Shown here: in pieces, positions 28,949 to 42,255 of the stretch | Numbering within the stretch: position 1 is the stretch's first letter | Layout of the letters: each line of letters opens with the position of its first letter | Source: Trichoplax adhaerens | Taxonomy: Eukaryota; Animalia; Placozoa | Direction: 5' to 3' | Length of the DNA stretch: 64,000 bases | NCBI RefSeq assembly: GCF_000150275.1 | Contig: NW_002060944.1 | Coordinates: forward strand, 3,386,152 to 3,450,151 | Position numbers and translations under genes: made by a program | The notes under the pieces: model-generated | What the model was told of the DNA's origin: nothing | What the model saw: the letters and a program-made list of their open reading frames with translations, nothing else | Databases searched by the model: none

Positions 28949-31200
28949 CTATTTCAAACCTTCTTCAGCATCAGAATCTTCGTCATCGGGATCTTGCCTG
29001 TTCTCAGGAACTCTCATAACTGTTCTTCTTACACGCCTTACTTGTGGACTAGGCATGGGGCTACTCTAATGATTTCAAATAATTAAAGCATAGGGTTACG
29101 ACAATGAATGAGGGCGATATTGATCTTGGTAGTTTACTTGACCTCTATCCCGACTAAGTAGTTTATAGTTGATGATATCGATTTTTACTACTTTCTGCTT
29201 TTTACAGCTTTTAGACATAGTAGAGCGAAAGTTCATTCTAACCAAGTCATTTATACTTGATGAGTATCTATTTTACATTGTAGATCAAATTGAGCATATA
29301 CTGTACTGCATAATACTTTTTACAGTTCTATAGACATGATAGAACGGTAAGCAGTCTATTCTAACTAAATCATTCATACGAGTTTTGATGAGCATCCATT
29401 TTTATATCGTCGATCAAATTGATTTAATACTACATGTTACTTACAAATATTAGATATGGTATAACGGTAATCTATCGTGATAGGTAAGATTTACGTCAAG
29501 AAACTTACACTCTGTCTTTCGGAGATTTCATCACCATCAATCTCATCTCGATTTATAATGGAATCATTGCTAGAACCATCAGTACTGAAATCGCTACTGT
29601 ATTGGTCGAATTCTTTCACAGGATACATCCTTTCTACAGTTTCTACATCAGGCACATTCGTTTTCCACTATGATAGTAAAATTGGACAGTATTAATCTAT
29701 TTCTCTATCTTATACAGCAGCTAATTCAAGCAAAATACAGTACCAACTTGCAATCATTGCTAATTCTATCTCATAAACTCTCTATCAATTCACTAAACTC
29801 ACTTTATTTCCAAATAAATTGACATAACTACGCGCAAGATTAGTTAGCCACGTAGCCATTTCAGAATAGCCTAAACTTTCGGCATATTCTAATGGGGTCT
29901 TATTTTCCTGCAAGTAGTGATCAATCCATTATGCAATGACAATGAATCTTTCTGGAGAAGAAATGAAGAGATTTTTATTCACATTTACCTTTCGACAGGC
30001 AATATCTAAATCTGCACCATGGTAGAATAAAATTTGGACCATGAGAATATTCCCTTCTTTAACAGCGTAATGCACTGATGTCATGCCCCATTTCTAAAAT
30101 AAGCGCATTAATAATTCATTAGTCAAGGAAGACTATCTTGCTGTTCTCCAATTTGATATTAAAATATTTTAAAATGACACTTTATCAACCTATTTTAAGC
30201 TCTAATGTAACGTAATGATTCTGTTAATAGCAAAGTAATAAGTAGAGGAAAAATAGCGCAGAACGGAAAGAGGCTATCAATCCCAATACAATATCCGTTC
30301 TACCAGTATATACTATTTTCGCACTTTTTAAACATGCTAGTTAGAGAAAATTGACAAAGCTATACTACAATTCACAAATAAATATGCTATTATCATTTAT
30401 ATACTAAATTGACCACTTTAAGTAATCTTATCAACACATTATAGCTAATTATTTAACAAAAGTACGCGAACAGAACTGTCTATTTTTATTTGGAGCATTG
30501 ATAAGTACTTTAATAGCTACCATATTTTTGCCAATCATGTATTAATGATCCATATGAAAATGAAATTTCAAGATAAATGCAGTTGATAGATTGAAGATTA
30601 CTGTCTTTTCATAATTTTATTAGCGTATTTAATGACGAATTCAATTGCAGTAGACTTACATTTGGTAAATTAGGATTAGCACCATAATATAATAAAACTT
30701 TTAGAGCATTCAGATCGTTACGAGCTGCCGCATAGTGCAATGCAGTACCATGTGGCTTCTCATTTCTATGCAAAGCAACCTGAAATTCAAATGAACAATC
30801 ATACGGATTCATTAAAATCATTATAGGAACTTTTGTAACAGCTGCCAAACTATTAAAAAAGGCGTAAGGTTAAATTGGTCTTTTAATCCATACGTATTTA
30901 GGTCCAAAAATATCAATTTCATGAGGATGGCTATTTAAAAACTTATCATCAATACTACGTGCTGCCTCATAAATTTCTCTTCTTGTTACTATGTTCTAAT
31001 ACAGGTAGGGAAAAAATGAAAAAATAAAGTGAGCATTTCGAGATTCCTCTTTCATGAGTAATTACTAGTCAAGAGAAACTTTCGTACTATAGTAAAATAT
31101 ATTCTGTTTATTAATAAAGACCGAACTATAATCTCAGTACAAATGATTACAGTAATATCTCCCTCTCTCTACTGACCTTTTTCTTAAAGAAAGAAAACAT
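28949..31200 (-). CDS. Small ankyrin-repeat protein with acidic/Ser-rich tail (possible alternative last exon at 25936-25982)
   Basis: Exons encode MFSFFKKK; GTALHYAAARNDLNALKVLLYYGANPNLPN; KWGMTSVHYAVKEGNILMVQILLFYHGADLDI; ENKTPLEYA; and an acidic tail DPDDEDSDAEE. Splice phases are consistent. Confidence 0.8.
29195..29465. repeat. Third degenerate tandem repeat (~120-bp unit) in an ankyrin-gene intron
   Basis: TTTTTACAG.T.T..AGACAT..TAGA, ATTCTAAC.AA.TCATT and GATCAAATTGA blocks repeat. Confidence 0.65.
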
Positions 31201-34200
31201 GGTTCAAGTCCTTCTCTATCTTCAAATTAACTACCTGTAAAATAAATAATACTTGCCATGACTTATCCTGTTATAATAGACCTTTACGCTCATTAACTCT
31301 ATTAATATTGAAGAATACAAACTTACCAAACTATTTTAGAATTGGATAAATATTGTCCGTATTTATATCAATTTACTTTCTTTCTATTAAGTCCTATAGC
31401 AACATCAAAAATCGTAAGCAGCAATTTAATACTACTGTATTTATATATTATGGTTTATTCCTGATGGCTCTAAATGATAGTTAGCTAGTAAGATTTTGAC
31501 ACGTCCATTAATACTAGTGATATTAGTTGAATGTCATAACATTAATGTCAAAGTATATTTAGAGATGAAACTGCAGGAATAATCATGTTGTCAGACAAAA
31601 AGATTCTTTATATTTTATTGCTGTTTTCCTTTACAATACGAAAGGAAATTCTTGGTAAGGAAATCCAGATTTACGTCAAATTTCCCAATTTAGAATTGAC
31701 CGGCATTTAAAAAATTAATAATGGAAGAAAGAATGGAGAAGTACCGTCTTAAAATAAAAAGGTTTCTTTGGTACTGGTATACCTAACATAAGAAAATGGT
31801 AATATTGATTTTGTCTCACAAGGAACTGGGTTCTGGTAACTTGCTGTATTTCTTTACAAAGGCCAACCCATAGCTACTTAAAAGTTAGAATGGATTCTTA
31901 TGTACAAATGATAAATATGGAATCTGCTTTTGCTTTGCCTAAACTACTTTAATCCCCTTCCGTAGCACCATAAATTAGAAACTGCGGTACAGAATTATCG
32001 CTACCGAAAACACTGCCGTTCTATACTTTTTGTCGTAGAATAATAAGCATTTGAAAGCAATAGAATGATAAACGTTGTATAGAATTTTGAATTGGCCAAA
32101 CCATTATATGTTAGGAAGTTATATCGTAGCCGAAAAACACCACCAAAATGTTTTATTCTGACACGAAATAGTAAACATCCGAAAGGCTGTCAACAATCCT
32201 TAATTCACAAATTATTCTGAAAGGCCATTAATTGTTATTACATACGAAAGATCGATTGAGAAGAGCTAGAACTAGCCTGCATTATGTCTTGACATTATGT
32301 CATTAGTGAAATTGCTAAATATCCACAACATCCTAATATGCCACGCTGTCATTTAAATAAAACTCTCAGACCGAAATTTTTATTCTTGGAGATGCTTATG
32401 ATAGACTAACAAAGTAAACAATATTTATGAAACTATTTTAAATTAGCAAATTATAGCTTAACTATAAAGAAGTTGAAGTTTAACCGGTATTTTTAATTGA
32501 TATTAATAGAATCGTCAAATATCACAGTATACTAGGCCGCTTTCATAGTATAGTACATGAATAGCTGTACTATTATGGCCATAAGGAAAGGTCCAGTTAA
32601 GATTTCGATGAAATGAAAAATTTCAGATCGGAATTTTCAGTCTAGGAGAAGTTTGTGATAGACCAGCAAAGTAAACAGTAAAATAATACTAGTTTGACTT
32701 GCAAGTCGACGTCAGATGTTTACAATATCGAGAGTACAATCAGTTTAAAGCAATAATTAATATTTCGAATGGTAATAAAGGACGGAAGTTGACAGTTAAA
32801 AACTCCTTTCTAATAGCATAGTCGTCCAATTTCTGCACTTATTTATATTGCATTTCTGCACTTATTTATATTGCTTCAACATATGACTTGCACTTAAAGA
32901 ATGGATAAACTAATTGATTCTACCACTGTAACGCAGGAAAGAATCTGGAGTATAGTCCTACTTATTGTATGAATTCATTTCTTTAAGTAACTTTGATCAG
33001 TACTTTCAACATGATGATCATTTTCTCCGTGAGAAAAATATTATGCTTCCGATTTCGGAACGAATTCGTATCTTAACAGGTAGTTGCAAATGGATACGTT
33101 AATTCTGTCGTCAATGCCTGACGTCTTCTCCCAAGACAAATATAGTTAAAGACTAATTGTAATAACATAGTTAGTCATACTTTAATTATCAACTTTAGAT
33201 TCTCGGTGTTTCTTCGGATAGATATGTTTAGATAGGCCAATGTGCACATACATAACACTTAGTTGTTAACGTAAACCCCGCTATGATAGGTCCGACACTT
33301 TCTAACCAAGATAAACATCGCTAGCAAGTGATCGTAATAATGGGACTAGTCTAGAACACTTTGTATATATAAAATTCAGCTTTTTCCCCGTTAAACAAAC
33401 TATAGAATTAAACAAGATCACGCCAAACAGAATCCTGTAACGTGATATTTACACAATAACTAGATCCTGGTTATGTTCATAGAAATCAAAGCCAGTTAAC
33501 ATTGATAGAGGTATATCAGTGTATTTCTACGAGGACTATGAACGTAAAATTAACCTAAGGTGAGATATTTAAACTCTAATTCCAAATGTTAAAGCAGTAA
33601 AGGTGTCCACCAAACTATGGCAACTATAGTCATTCTAATAAATTTTTAAAGCTTTACTCATCTAAGATAATTAATATATCGGAAGTGGACCGTCTCTATG
33701 AGGCCGGACTTTTTTACCAGTAGAGTTAATCAATGCGATCAGTTACCGTATCCTAAATGCTACCGGCATTAAATTAGAAATAAAAACTGCGGCGTCCCAA
33801 CTATTAAATTATACATTATGGCTACATCGAATAAAAGAAACAGAATCTCGATTTCACTTCATAAAACCTGTTAAATTTTAAATCCAATGCTTAATAAAAA
33901 CAATTATATCCTAGTTACCAGCGGTTTTTCAAACGTCCAACTTGTAACTACTTGTTGATCTTCAGGATTAATTCCATAGGAAATCCAAATTACCTTCCAA
34001 TTTTAGATAATAATGTCAAACTAGATTTTTTCTGTCAAGCTATAGTAATCTCATTTCCTTTAAGGATAAAGAAATGTAATTTTATTTCCCTTGGTGATTT
34101 AGTTTGCTTCGCTTAATCTCGGGCCTTTATTCAATATCAGTGCCCCTATAACCAAGTGCATCATCTGATCATATCCTATATTCTATACTCGTATATCTAC

Positions 34201-37200
34201 GCAAATAAAACATTGGATAATTAATGCATACCAGTCACACTAAATGGAATTCTTCGTTGGGATTCTTTTAATTAACAAATTAAACAAAACGCTTTTCATT
34301 AACGGTAACTTGACTATATTAATTCCATATTTATATCGCCAATCACCGTGCGGCCGATGACAATCGAAATTTAAATGATAAATAAACCTAGCCAACTCGT
34401 CCAAATGACAATAAAAACTCAAATAATATTCTATTATCAAACTTTGTCGATTTTGTAGACGTCATCTTGGGTTTCCTGATTCATCATTATAATGATTTCA
34501 TTATAATCTAATGCGTATATTTTATATAGAAACGTGACGATGATTTAAGAACTATCTTGTTAACTTACTGTTTCAGTATTATTACCTGCTGTCTCTCTCT
34601 GTATTGTCTAGTTATGATGCATTATACTCAATCCTATGGTATGTAATTATTCTGATAACAGCAACTTTATAGCTAGCAACCTATTGCTTTCACTATTTTA
34701 AGTTGCATGTAAGCAACATTATACCTTCTGCATATGTCTATAGATTTGGTGTGTAAGTTTGACGTATAGATGCAGATGTCATATGGAGTTAATTAGCTAA
34801 ATCTAGATATAAAGTGCTTTGTATTCTTTAAAGAAGTAAAAAACAATTTGTAAGTAAAGCATAAGCAGAATATCGCGGACTTAATATTTTATTGACCTGC
34901 AAACTATAGTCTAATATTAAAATTGGCTCCTATTGTATTTTACCCTACGTCAAAGGTGTCAAGTAATTTACTCTTGCATATCTAGAAATCTATATTCAGA
35001 TAATTTAGACGTGAAATTTCTTTTAATTTATTTATTAATTCGTCTATTATGTTTCTGTTCATTTGAACGGATTATTTACTAGTACTGTATTGCCAATAAA
35101 CACATGCGACATACCATGTCTCGTATAATAATTTTATTCTACTTCTATCCAGTATGGATGCTATCGTCATCATATGCGTATATCGGCAAAAAATCATTAA
35201 TTTCGTAATACCTTCTGATTTGCTATAAAAACAACTCTAAGCGCACCTTAATACTGTCATGTTAAGTAATCTTGTAGCATCTTTTTCTATCACACAGATT
35301 CAGTACATTAGGAGAATTGCTCGTAAAAAATAATCAATAGCAACTCGAGGTACAGCTCTATAGCTCTTTAGTATCTCCATGCAGACGGTATGAGGCAATT
35401 TATTTCTATTTATAAAAGCAATTCGATATAGCAGACCTAGATGTAAATTTAATGCCGTAAGTCGCGTGATAATATTTCGTCCTTTGATCTAGTCTATTCT
35501 TTATGGCAGATAATGGTATCGCTTTCTACATGTCAGTTATACCTTGTTAAAATCCCAATATTTCAGGCTACGAATATACATCCATGGATACCAGTGGATG
35601 TGCATACAATAAGTGCATAAGGTAATTTACTCATACCTATTGCGATAACTCGAGAAACAGCTTAAAGCATACCGGCACCTTCTATGTTATGAAATGACAT
35701 GTATTAAAAAATCTCTCCTAGGATAATAATGATTTTTGAGCTTATACGTATGCGTTGAAACTACAGGGACGGAAGTACCATAATTTTTTTTACACACTAT
35801 GCTATCGAAATATGAAGGAGAAAATTTTTACGATCTGATGCTACTTAGTACACATTATATTTACATTTTGGACTTAGTAAAGGCCAGTAAACTAGCAGAG
35901 TTAATTAACGGTCTATATAAATTAATTATCTACAGTGTTCCAGCTGAGCATTTACCTACCTAGAGTTATACTGTACCACTTTAAAACTAGCTTGCTCGTA
36001 TTAATGAATAGCCCAGCCCGTCTTGTGACTTATTGCTAAGAATACATTTGCATTGCCTTGATGTGCTATTAAATTTCGTCTATTAGTACCAGTATCTATC
36101 CATTACGGAGAATGCAATCACTTTCATGATATCTAATACAAAAAGTAACCAATATGTTCCAATCATGTGATAATATTATAGTAGTTATTGTTAAGTATAA
36201 TAAGAAACAATAATCTTGACAATTGGGGAGCTAGCCAATGTCTCCATAAATTATAAATAGTAAATCATCAAAGTTTCCTTCAAGAAATTGGTTTCCTCAA
36301 AATTAAAGTAGGATAGAACACGTAATTTTTCCTAGCTTATATCCGATACGGGATTTGAAGCTGAAGTTCTACTGTAGTTAGATGACAATTTATAATTGAA
36401 TTAAGAATTATAATCAGCAATTATTGCCTCTATTTTTCTATTGAAATTTATGCATACTTTATTAACATTATAACAACGGATAGGCTGTAAGACTATTGTT
36501 TCAATTTTATCCGTTATTAACCCTATATGACCTATACTGGTACTGAGCTATACAATTTGTAATTTTGCTGCTACTCCTAAACGATTTAATATTAGATCGC
36601 GTATCCTACCTACCATCATATGATGGCACTATGATCAATATTGCTAATTATGATATAATTTGCATTTAATATACGGCATGCATACATAAAATCGTAGGTG
36701 TAATAAACACTAAATCTCGCTTAGCATAGGAAATATCTGTTAATCTATGCTTGAAATAGATAGAAATAATAAAATCTATTTCTCAAGATATATCGAAGTA
36801 GCAAGAGGAACGCTTTAGGAACGATTGGTATGTAAATTTCCATTACTTTCTGTGCTACATACGATATTCCATGAAATTTATCTCAATAAATACTTTCGGT
36901 AATCGATGCGGCCATTGTATGCTATTTTTATCTTTATACATTATCTAAGCTCTTGGCAATTTTAATAAATGTTACATGAGGCATTATCGACATAGAGAAG
37001 ATTTCATTTCTTATGATGAAACCAAGATTTAGTTATTTTAGGACTCTGAAAAACTACTACTAGATGCTCAGTAGCAATCGAAAGATATTGTTTTAGTTAT
37101 CAATAGAGCAATTTTTACTTCTTCCTTAGAGGGGACCATAACATGCAAGTTTACACCAAGGCTAATAAAATAGTCTCTGATCGCACTGCTTTATTTTTAT

Positions 37201-38207
37201 TTTTATGTTATTTAGTGTACTACTTCCTGAAACAGATTTAGACATTTACAGTTTAATTTATCAAGCAAGGTTAATCGTGTAAAGAAATGTACTTGCATAT
37301 TTAATGACTACACTTACGTTTATATTATATTAGCTACTTTATTTTATACTATGCATGAGCTTTGAGCAATACTAAGTAAGGTTAGAAATTGTATTTCCCC
37401 ACTAGTAATATGGAGAACACTTTAACTATCGTAATAATACGGCATATTCAGTCATTTTTAAATACTGAAACGTTATTGACGGATGTCTAGCAGTAACTTA
37501 AATGCTGCTCCACTCACTTAATTTAATTACATTCCAAGCCTTCTATGCCAGAGATTATAACTCGAAAAATTTTCCAATGATTATTAAGGGTAACTTTTAG
37601 TCACTTCTTTAGTTGCTATTGCTCCATTATTAATCATGCCGTATTCTTAAAATAGATTTTGACTCCTACATTTTAAACTTTCAAGCAGAATTGATCACGC
37701 AACACTTGCAAACTTAAGGCTATTATTATGTTTAGCTCAATACTCTAATTATATAGATATAGGTATTCTAAATCAAACCACGCAGAAAATACGTCAGCAC
37801 ATTAAAATATCGTCTTCAAATGTAGCAAGCAAATTAGATATTATCATAGATAGATTGCAGCTCGATTTTTCCTTGTATAGCTGTGATATCTTAGCATTGA
37901 GATGGCTGAACCTACTATCAAAGTAATAAATTTGTCAATAAATATCTTTATAGGACGGGCTGCTATCAAGCCATATATTACAATATATCTACAATATAAA
38001 ATAACACTTTCTACCATTCTAATAATAGAATATATAACTTTCTCTTAAGAATCGATTATATTAGTTTTAAAGCTGCAAAGCTGTGATATTGCTATTTATT
38101 GAATATCTTATTTAGTATTGTCAGTAGATTTATTGTTGGTTTTGTTTTATGCAGGAAATCAATTATATTTGTAAAAAGGTTTAGAAAAATTTTGAATTGG
38201 CGCAACG

Positions 38208-41200
38208 ATGGAAAAATTGGTCTTTATCATGCCAGTTTTGGCTTACTTAGTGCTCGCTAGTGATATCATGGATGAAGGAAGTAGTCTTGGTATGAATCAC
38301 TCTCGTAATAAAACTTTCTAATCGTAAATTATTACAGTGTACTTGCAAATACTGCAATAGAACTACAATCATTTTATCCTATAATAAGTGATCGATGTTA
38401 TGTACATAAAATCAAGCTCTAATACTGTATCATCAAAGCAATTCTGCATTATAGTCGTTATGATTGGCATACATTTACACACATAGCTATAAGAATAATC
38501 TTATACGGTAGAGAATCTATCACTCAATCTCAAATTCATATATCTACAGTATTGCATCGTTGTACCTGAACTTGGCTCTTATGGGCTTAACTGATAATTT
38601 TAAAATATAAGCGTCTATTAATTGTAATTAGATGAGTATGTCCTTATTTAACTACTATATATTATATTCAACCTAATTCTAAGACTGAATTATAATCAAT
38701 TTTCTTACAATATTAGAATTTGAGTTGGAAGATTTCGATATCGAAAAACGCTGCGATTACGCTATCAAGCAGAATTATGGCAAAATTAAAAGTCCTAATT
38801 ATCCGTTCTTTAATCCCAGTAATAGTTCTTGCAAATATGTCATAACGACGAGGGAAGGAAAAGTCGTTGCATGGCGCTGGAGCGATTTCGATTTACCACC
38901 AAAGGTTTTCGGCCATTGTCGAGAATCAGTAACAGCTTATGACGGTCAAGTTCTTGGCATTAATCAATATTTATTCACACCTATCTGTGGAAGATATTCC
39001 CTCAATTCGTTCGATTTTACCTCCAGTGGTAATCAACTGAGCATTGTGTTACATGCAAAAACGAATCAGCCAGATATTGAGGTTTACCGGGGATTTTCTG
39101 CATATTTTTATTCAAGTAGGTGTCCTATTCAATGTCAGTAATGATTGATACAGTATGTAAAGTCGATATAAAATTTTTAGAACATATAGAAGACATGCAA
39201 TCTTCATTCTGATGATCATAACACCGCCATTTGTACAGATTGGCAGGCAATCAATCAGTTAACCTCCTTTTTGTATTGTCGTTATTTCTGCTTATTTCTA
39301 AAATTTACGGTACCTTAATTACATCAATCTCTTTGGCCAATTTAAGAGAAATACAGTACTATACAAATTTGAGCTTACGATTTGCTATACAGCACAGCTG
39401 TAAACTAATATGTAAACAATACATAAGCCAAGCTAGAATACTTTGAAAAACTTTTCTAGAATGTCGGATAGTTTTCTTACCTGATATTCAACGGCAATTA
39501 ATCAATTTTATGCAGTTAATAGGACACTAATTATTCAATTTTTTCAGAACCTTACCGATGTAATAATATGGTTTATAGGACTGCTTCGGGTGCTATCGTT
39601 AGTCCTCATTTCCCATTAGCATATCCACCCAATCAGGACTGTATTTACAAGATCCAAGTTGCACCTGGCATGATATTTTCCCTCAACTTTGCTGAATTTG
39701 CTTTGGGAAGACCTGCGAAACGTAATAATGTAAGTTCGGTGGAAAACTGCGACGATTATGTTGAGGTCTATGAAGGATTAATGGATCCAAGGCATCGTTA
39801 CTTTAGACACTGTGGACTTTATAAACCACCACAGATTTTATCCGGTGGCAATATCGCTTATATCAAGTTTCACTCTAGCAAGTCGGCGTTATCCTTATAT
39901 ACTGGCTTTAGAGCATTTTATTCTGCAGGTATGCTATACACCATTTTTATTGGATATTGCTTTATGATTATAGATCCATTAACAAAATAAAACAGAGAGA
40001 TTATAATTTGCTTTCCATTTAATGCTATATCTACACTCCAAAATATGAATTGTAAAAATCATTTCATAGTGAATTCTCTATGCGCGTATTAGTCTAACTA
40101 CAAATATTTTGAGATTTCATCGTTGAGTAGACTTTTCCGGTATGTAAAACAAAAATGCAAACAAGCTACCGTTAAATATTTAAAACTTATTTTGAAATAT
40201 GTTTTGGGTGTTTTCATTTTTAGCATATCCTGATAAATGTGGATTACACTACGGGACTGCATCGGGAGCAATGTCTATCCCTGTAATACCGCAAACCGAT
40301 AACGTGGATATAGAATGTCAGTTCGTTGTTAAAAGTCGAGAAGTTGCCTATTATAAAATTCGCTGGCTAAGCTTTGGTATTGATATATTCAAGCATGGAT
40401 GCGACAAAAATAATTACATCGAAATTTATGACGGATTTTACAACAGAAAAGATAAATTACTAACCAAGAAATGTGACAGAAAGTTAGAGGAAATAAATAC
40501 ACAATACAATGAAATGTTGATACGATTCAAGATAGAAAAGTTTAATCCTACTAGAAACTTTAAATTTCTCTATATTGGAGGTAAGTAGAAGTCTGATTAA
40601 ACTTTCCTATACTTTATTCTTGGTTACAAGTGGAATGATGTAATTCTTCACAAACTCATATAACGATAACTTGCATACGACTGATTGACTGCAGTGTTCG
40701 ACTCTAGGAAGATCAAGTTAAAAATTTTTACTTGCAGTTTAGATAAATAAAATTTCTGATTCTACATTTAGCCAAATACTTTAACTATCTTTAGAAGTCT
40801 ATAGATATCGGTGTGTGTGATCGATTTTAATGGGATTTAAATGAGTAATTATCATTGTTTCTAGGGTGAAATCTAATGCCGATTTTATTTGTTTCATTAC
40901 AGTGACCGATAATACTGTTAAAGTAATTACGGATAAAAATCAAACTTGTACGACCAAGACGACAATTGTATATCGATACTCTGGACCAGAAATTATCAGT
41001 AGGGAAGTAACATGCAAGCCTTGTAAGTAAATCGAAAAATAGGATTATTACACAGAGGTACTTAAGTGTTATTAGCGTTGTACGTCGAAAAATACGAGTA
41101 TTCAAGTATTCAAGACGGCTGGCTTCTCGTGTTTACTTTTTAAATTAATGTTCTTTTTTGTGCTTTAAAGTTACAATTGCTGGATTACCAGTTTGGGCAT

Positions 41201-41337
41201 CGATTCTTATTGTTATTGGTTCGAGTATAGCAGGAATAGCACTCTTAGTTGGTGGTTATTGCGTGATTCGTAGGAGATCGAGATCGAATGAAAGCTACGG
41301 AAGGCTTTCAAGAAGCAGTAGCGATGGGTCCATTTAA
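38208..41337 (+). CDS. Type I membrane protein: signal peptide + 3 CUB domains + stalk + TM + short tail (paralogue B; 6 coding exons)
   Basis: Signal MEKLVFIMPVLAYLVLAS; CUB exons at ~38718-39115, ~39548-39928 and ~40224-40580; stalk exon ~40903-41022; TM LPVWASILIVIGSSIAGIALLVGGYCVI-RRR; stop at 41335-41337. Exon layout matches paralogue A. Confidence 0.88.
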
Positions 41338-42255
41338 CCGATTATGTTGTGCATCTTTCCTTAGTTAATACCGCTACAAAGATAGTTAAAGTGATAGCCT
41401 ATATAAGTATTACTAAGTACATGCTATTATTAGGCCATTGCTTTATTAAACTTAAGGGTAAAGCTAAAAGTAAGAAGCCTCTGCCACAGGATAAATAATG
41501 ATTTCTTTAATGTATTTGCACTTGCTTGCACTTACCGTACTGTTGTATTGTAAATTTAATGTGCTGTATGTGCAGTAGCAGAGAGATTTTAAATTGTATA
41601 ATCTTAATGTGAACAAGCTATTTGATATTTGTCATCTCACTTAGAGGGCGACTTAGATTCTATAACGCGAGCACTACAAAAATATGGATTTCTACGGTTA
41701 TCTCAGATAGTAGATACTTGTATATCACTATATTTTCATCATTAACGTTGATTTACACAGTAACTATCCTGTTTTGCCAGCAATCATTTGATTGTATTCA
41801 AAATAACTGCATAAGAAATTGTTCTTGAGTATTCCCGTAGGTCAGCTCGTAAAAATTAAAAATTGATTTACTAGCTTCATAGCTAATCCAAACTTCTGCC
41901 ATATTGTAATGGATTATGTATTGCATTTAGCTCCGCTATATTATGTAATATTAATAAAATAATTTCAAAATATATAAATTTCGTACCCATATACAAGAGA
42001 GTAAGTTTGATGGATAACTATTTCTGGAGCGCTTGCACGTAATCAACCTTAAGCAAGCAAAGTTTAGATAAATTGACACAAATCATGTCCTATCATTTAT
42101 TTAGAAATATACTATGCCTTAGGCTCACCATGAAATTAAAATCTAAGGCCAAGAATTGAATTGTATGAGAATATACAGAGCTTAAAAATTTAATTACGTT
42201 AAAATTGCTATTACTTTAAAGTGACACTGCCAGCAGAGAGAATTCACAATCATAT

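Noticed and set aside
32829-32874. 23-bp exact tandem duplication (also a 14-bp one at ~20467 and short microsatellites at ~10945, ~54213, ~59219)
   Set aside because: Ordinary slippage products with no sign of function.
41320-41337. Class I PDZ-binding motif at the CUB receptor C-termini (GSI/GSL)
   Set aside because: Position -2 is Gly, not Ser/Thr, so it does not fit the class I consensus.
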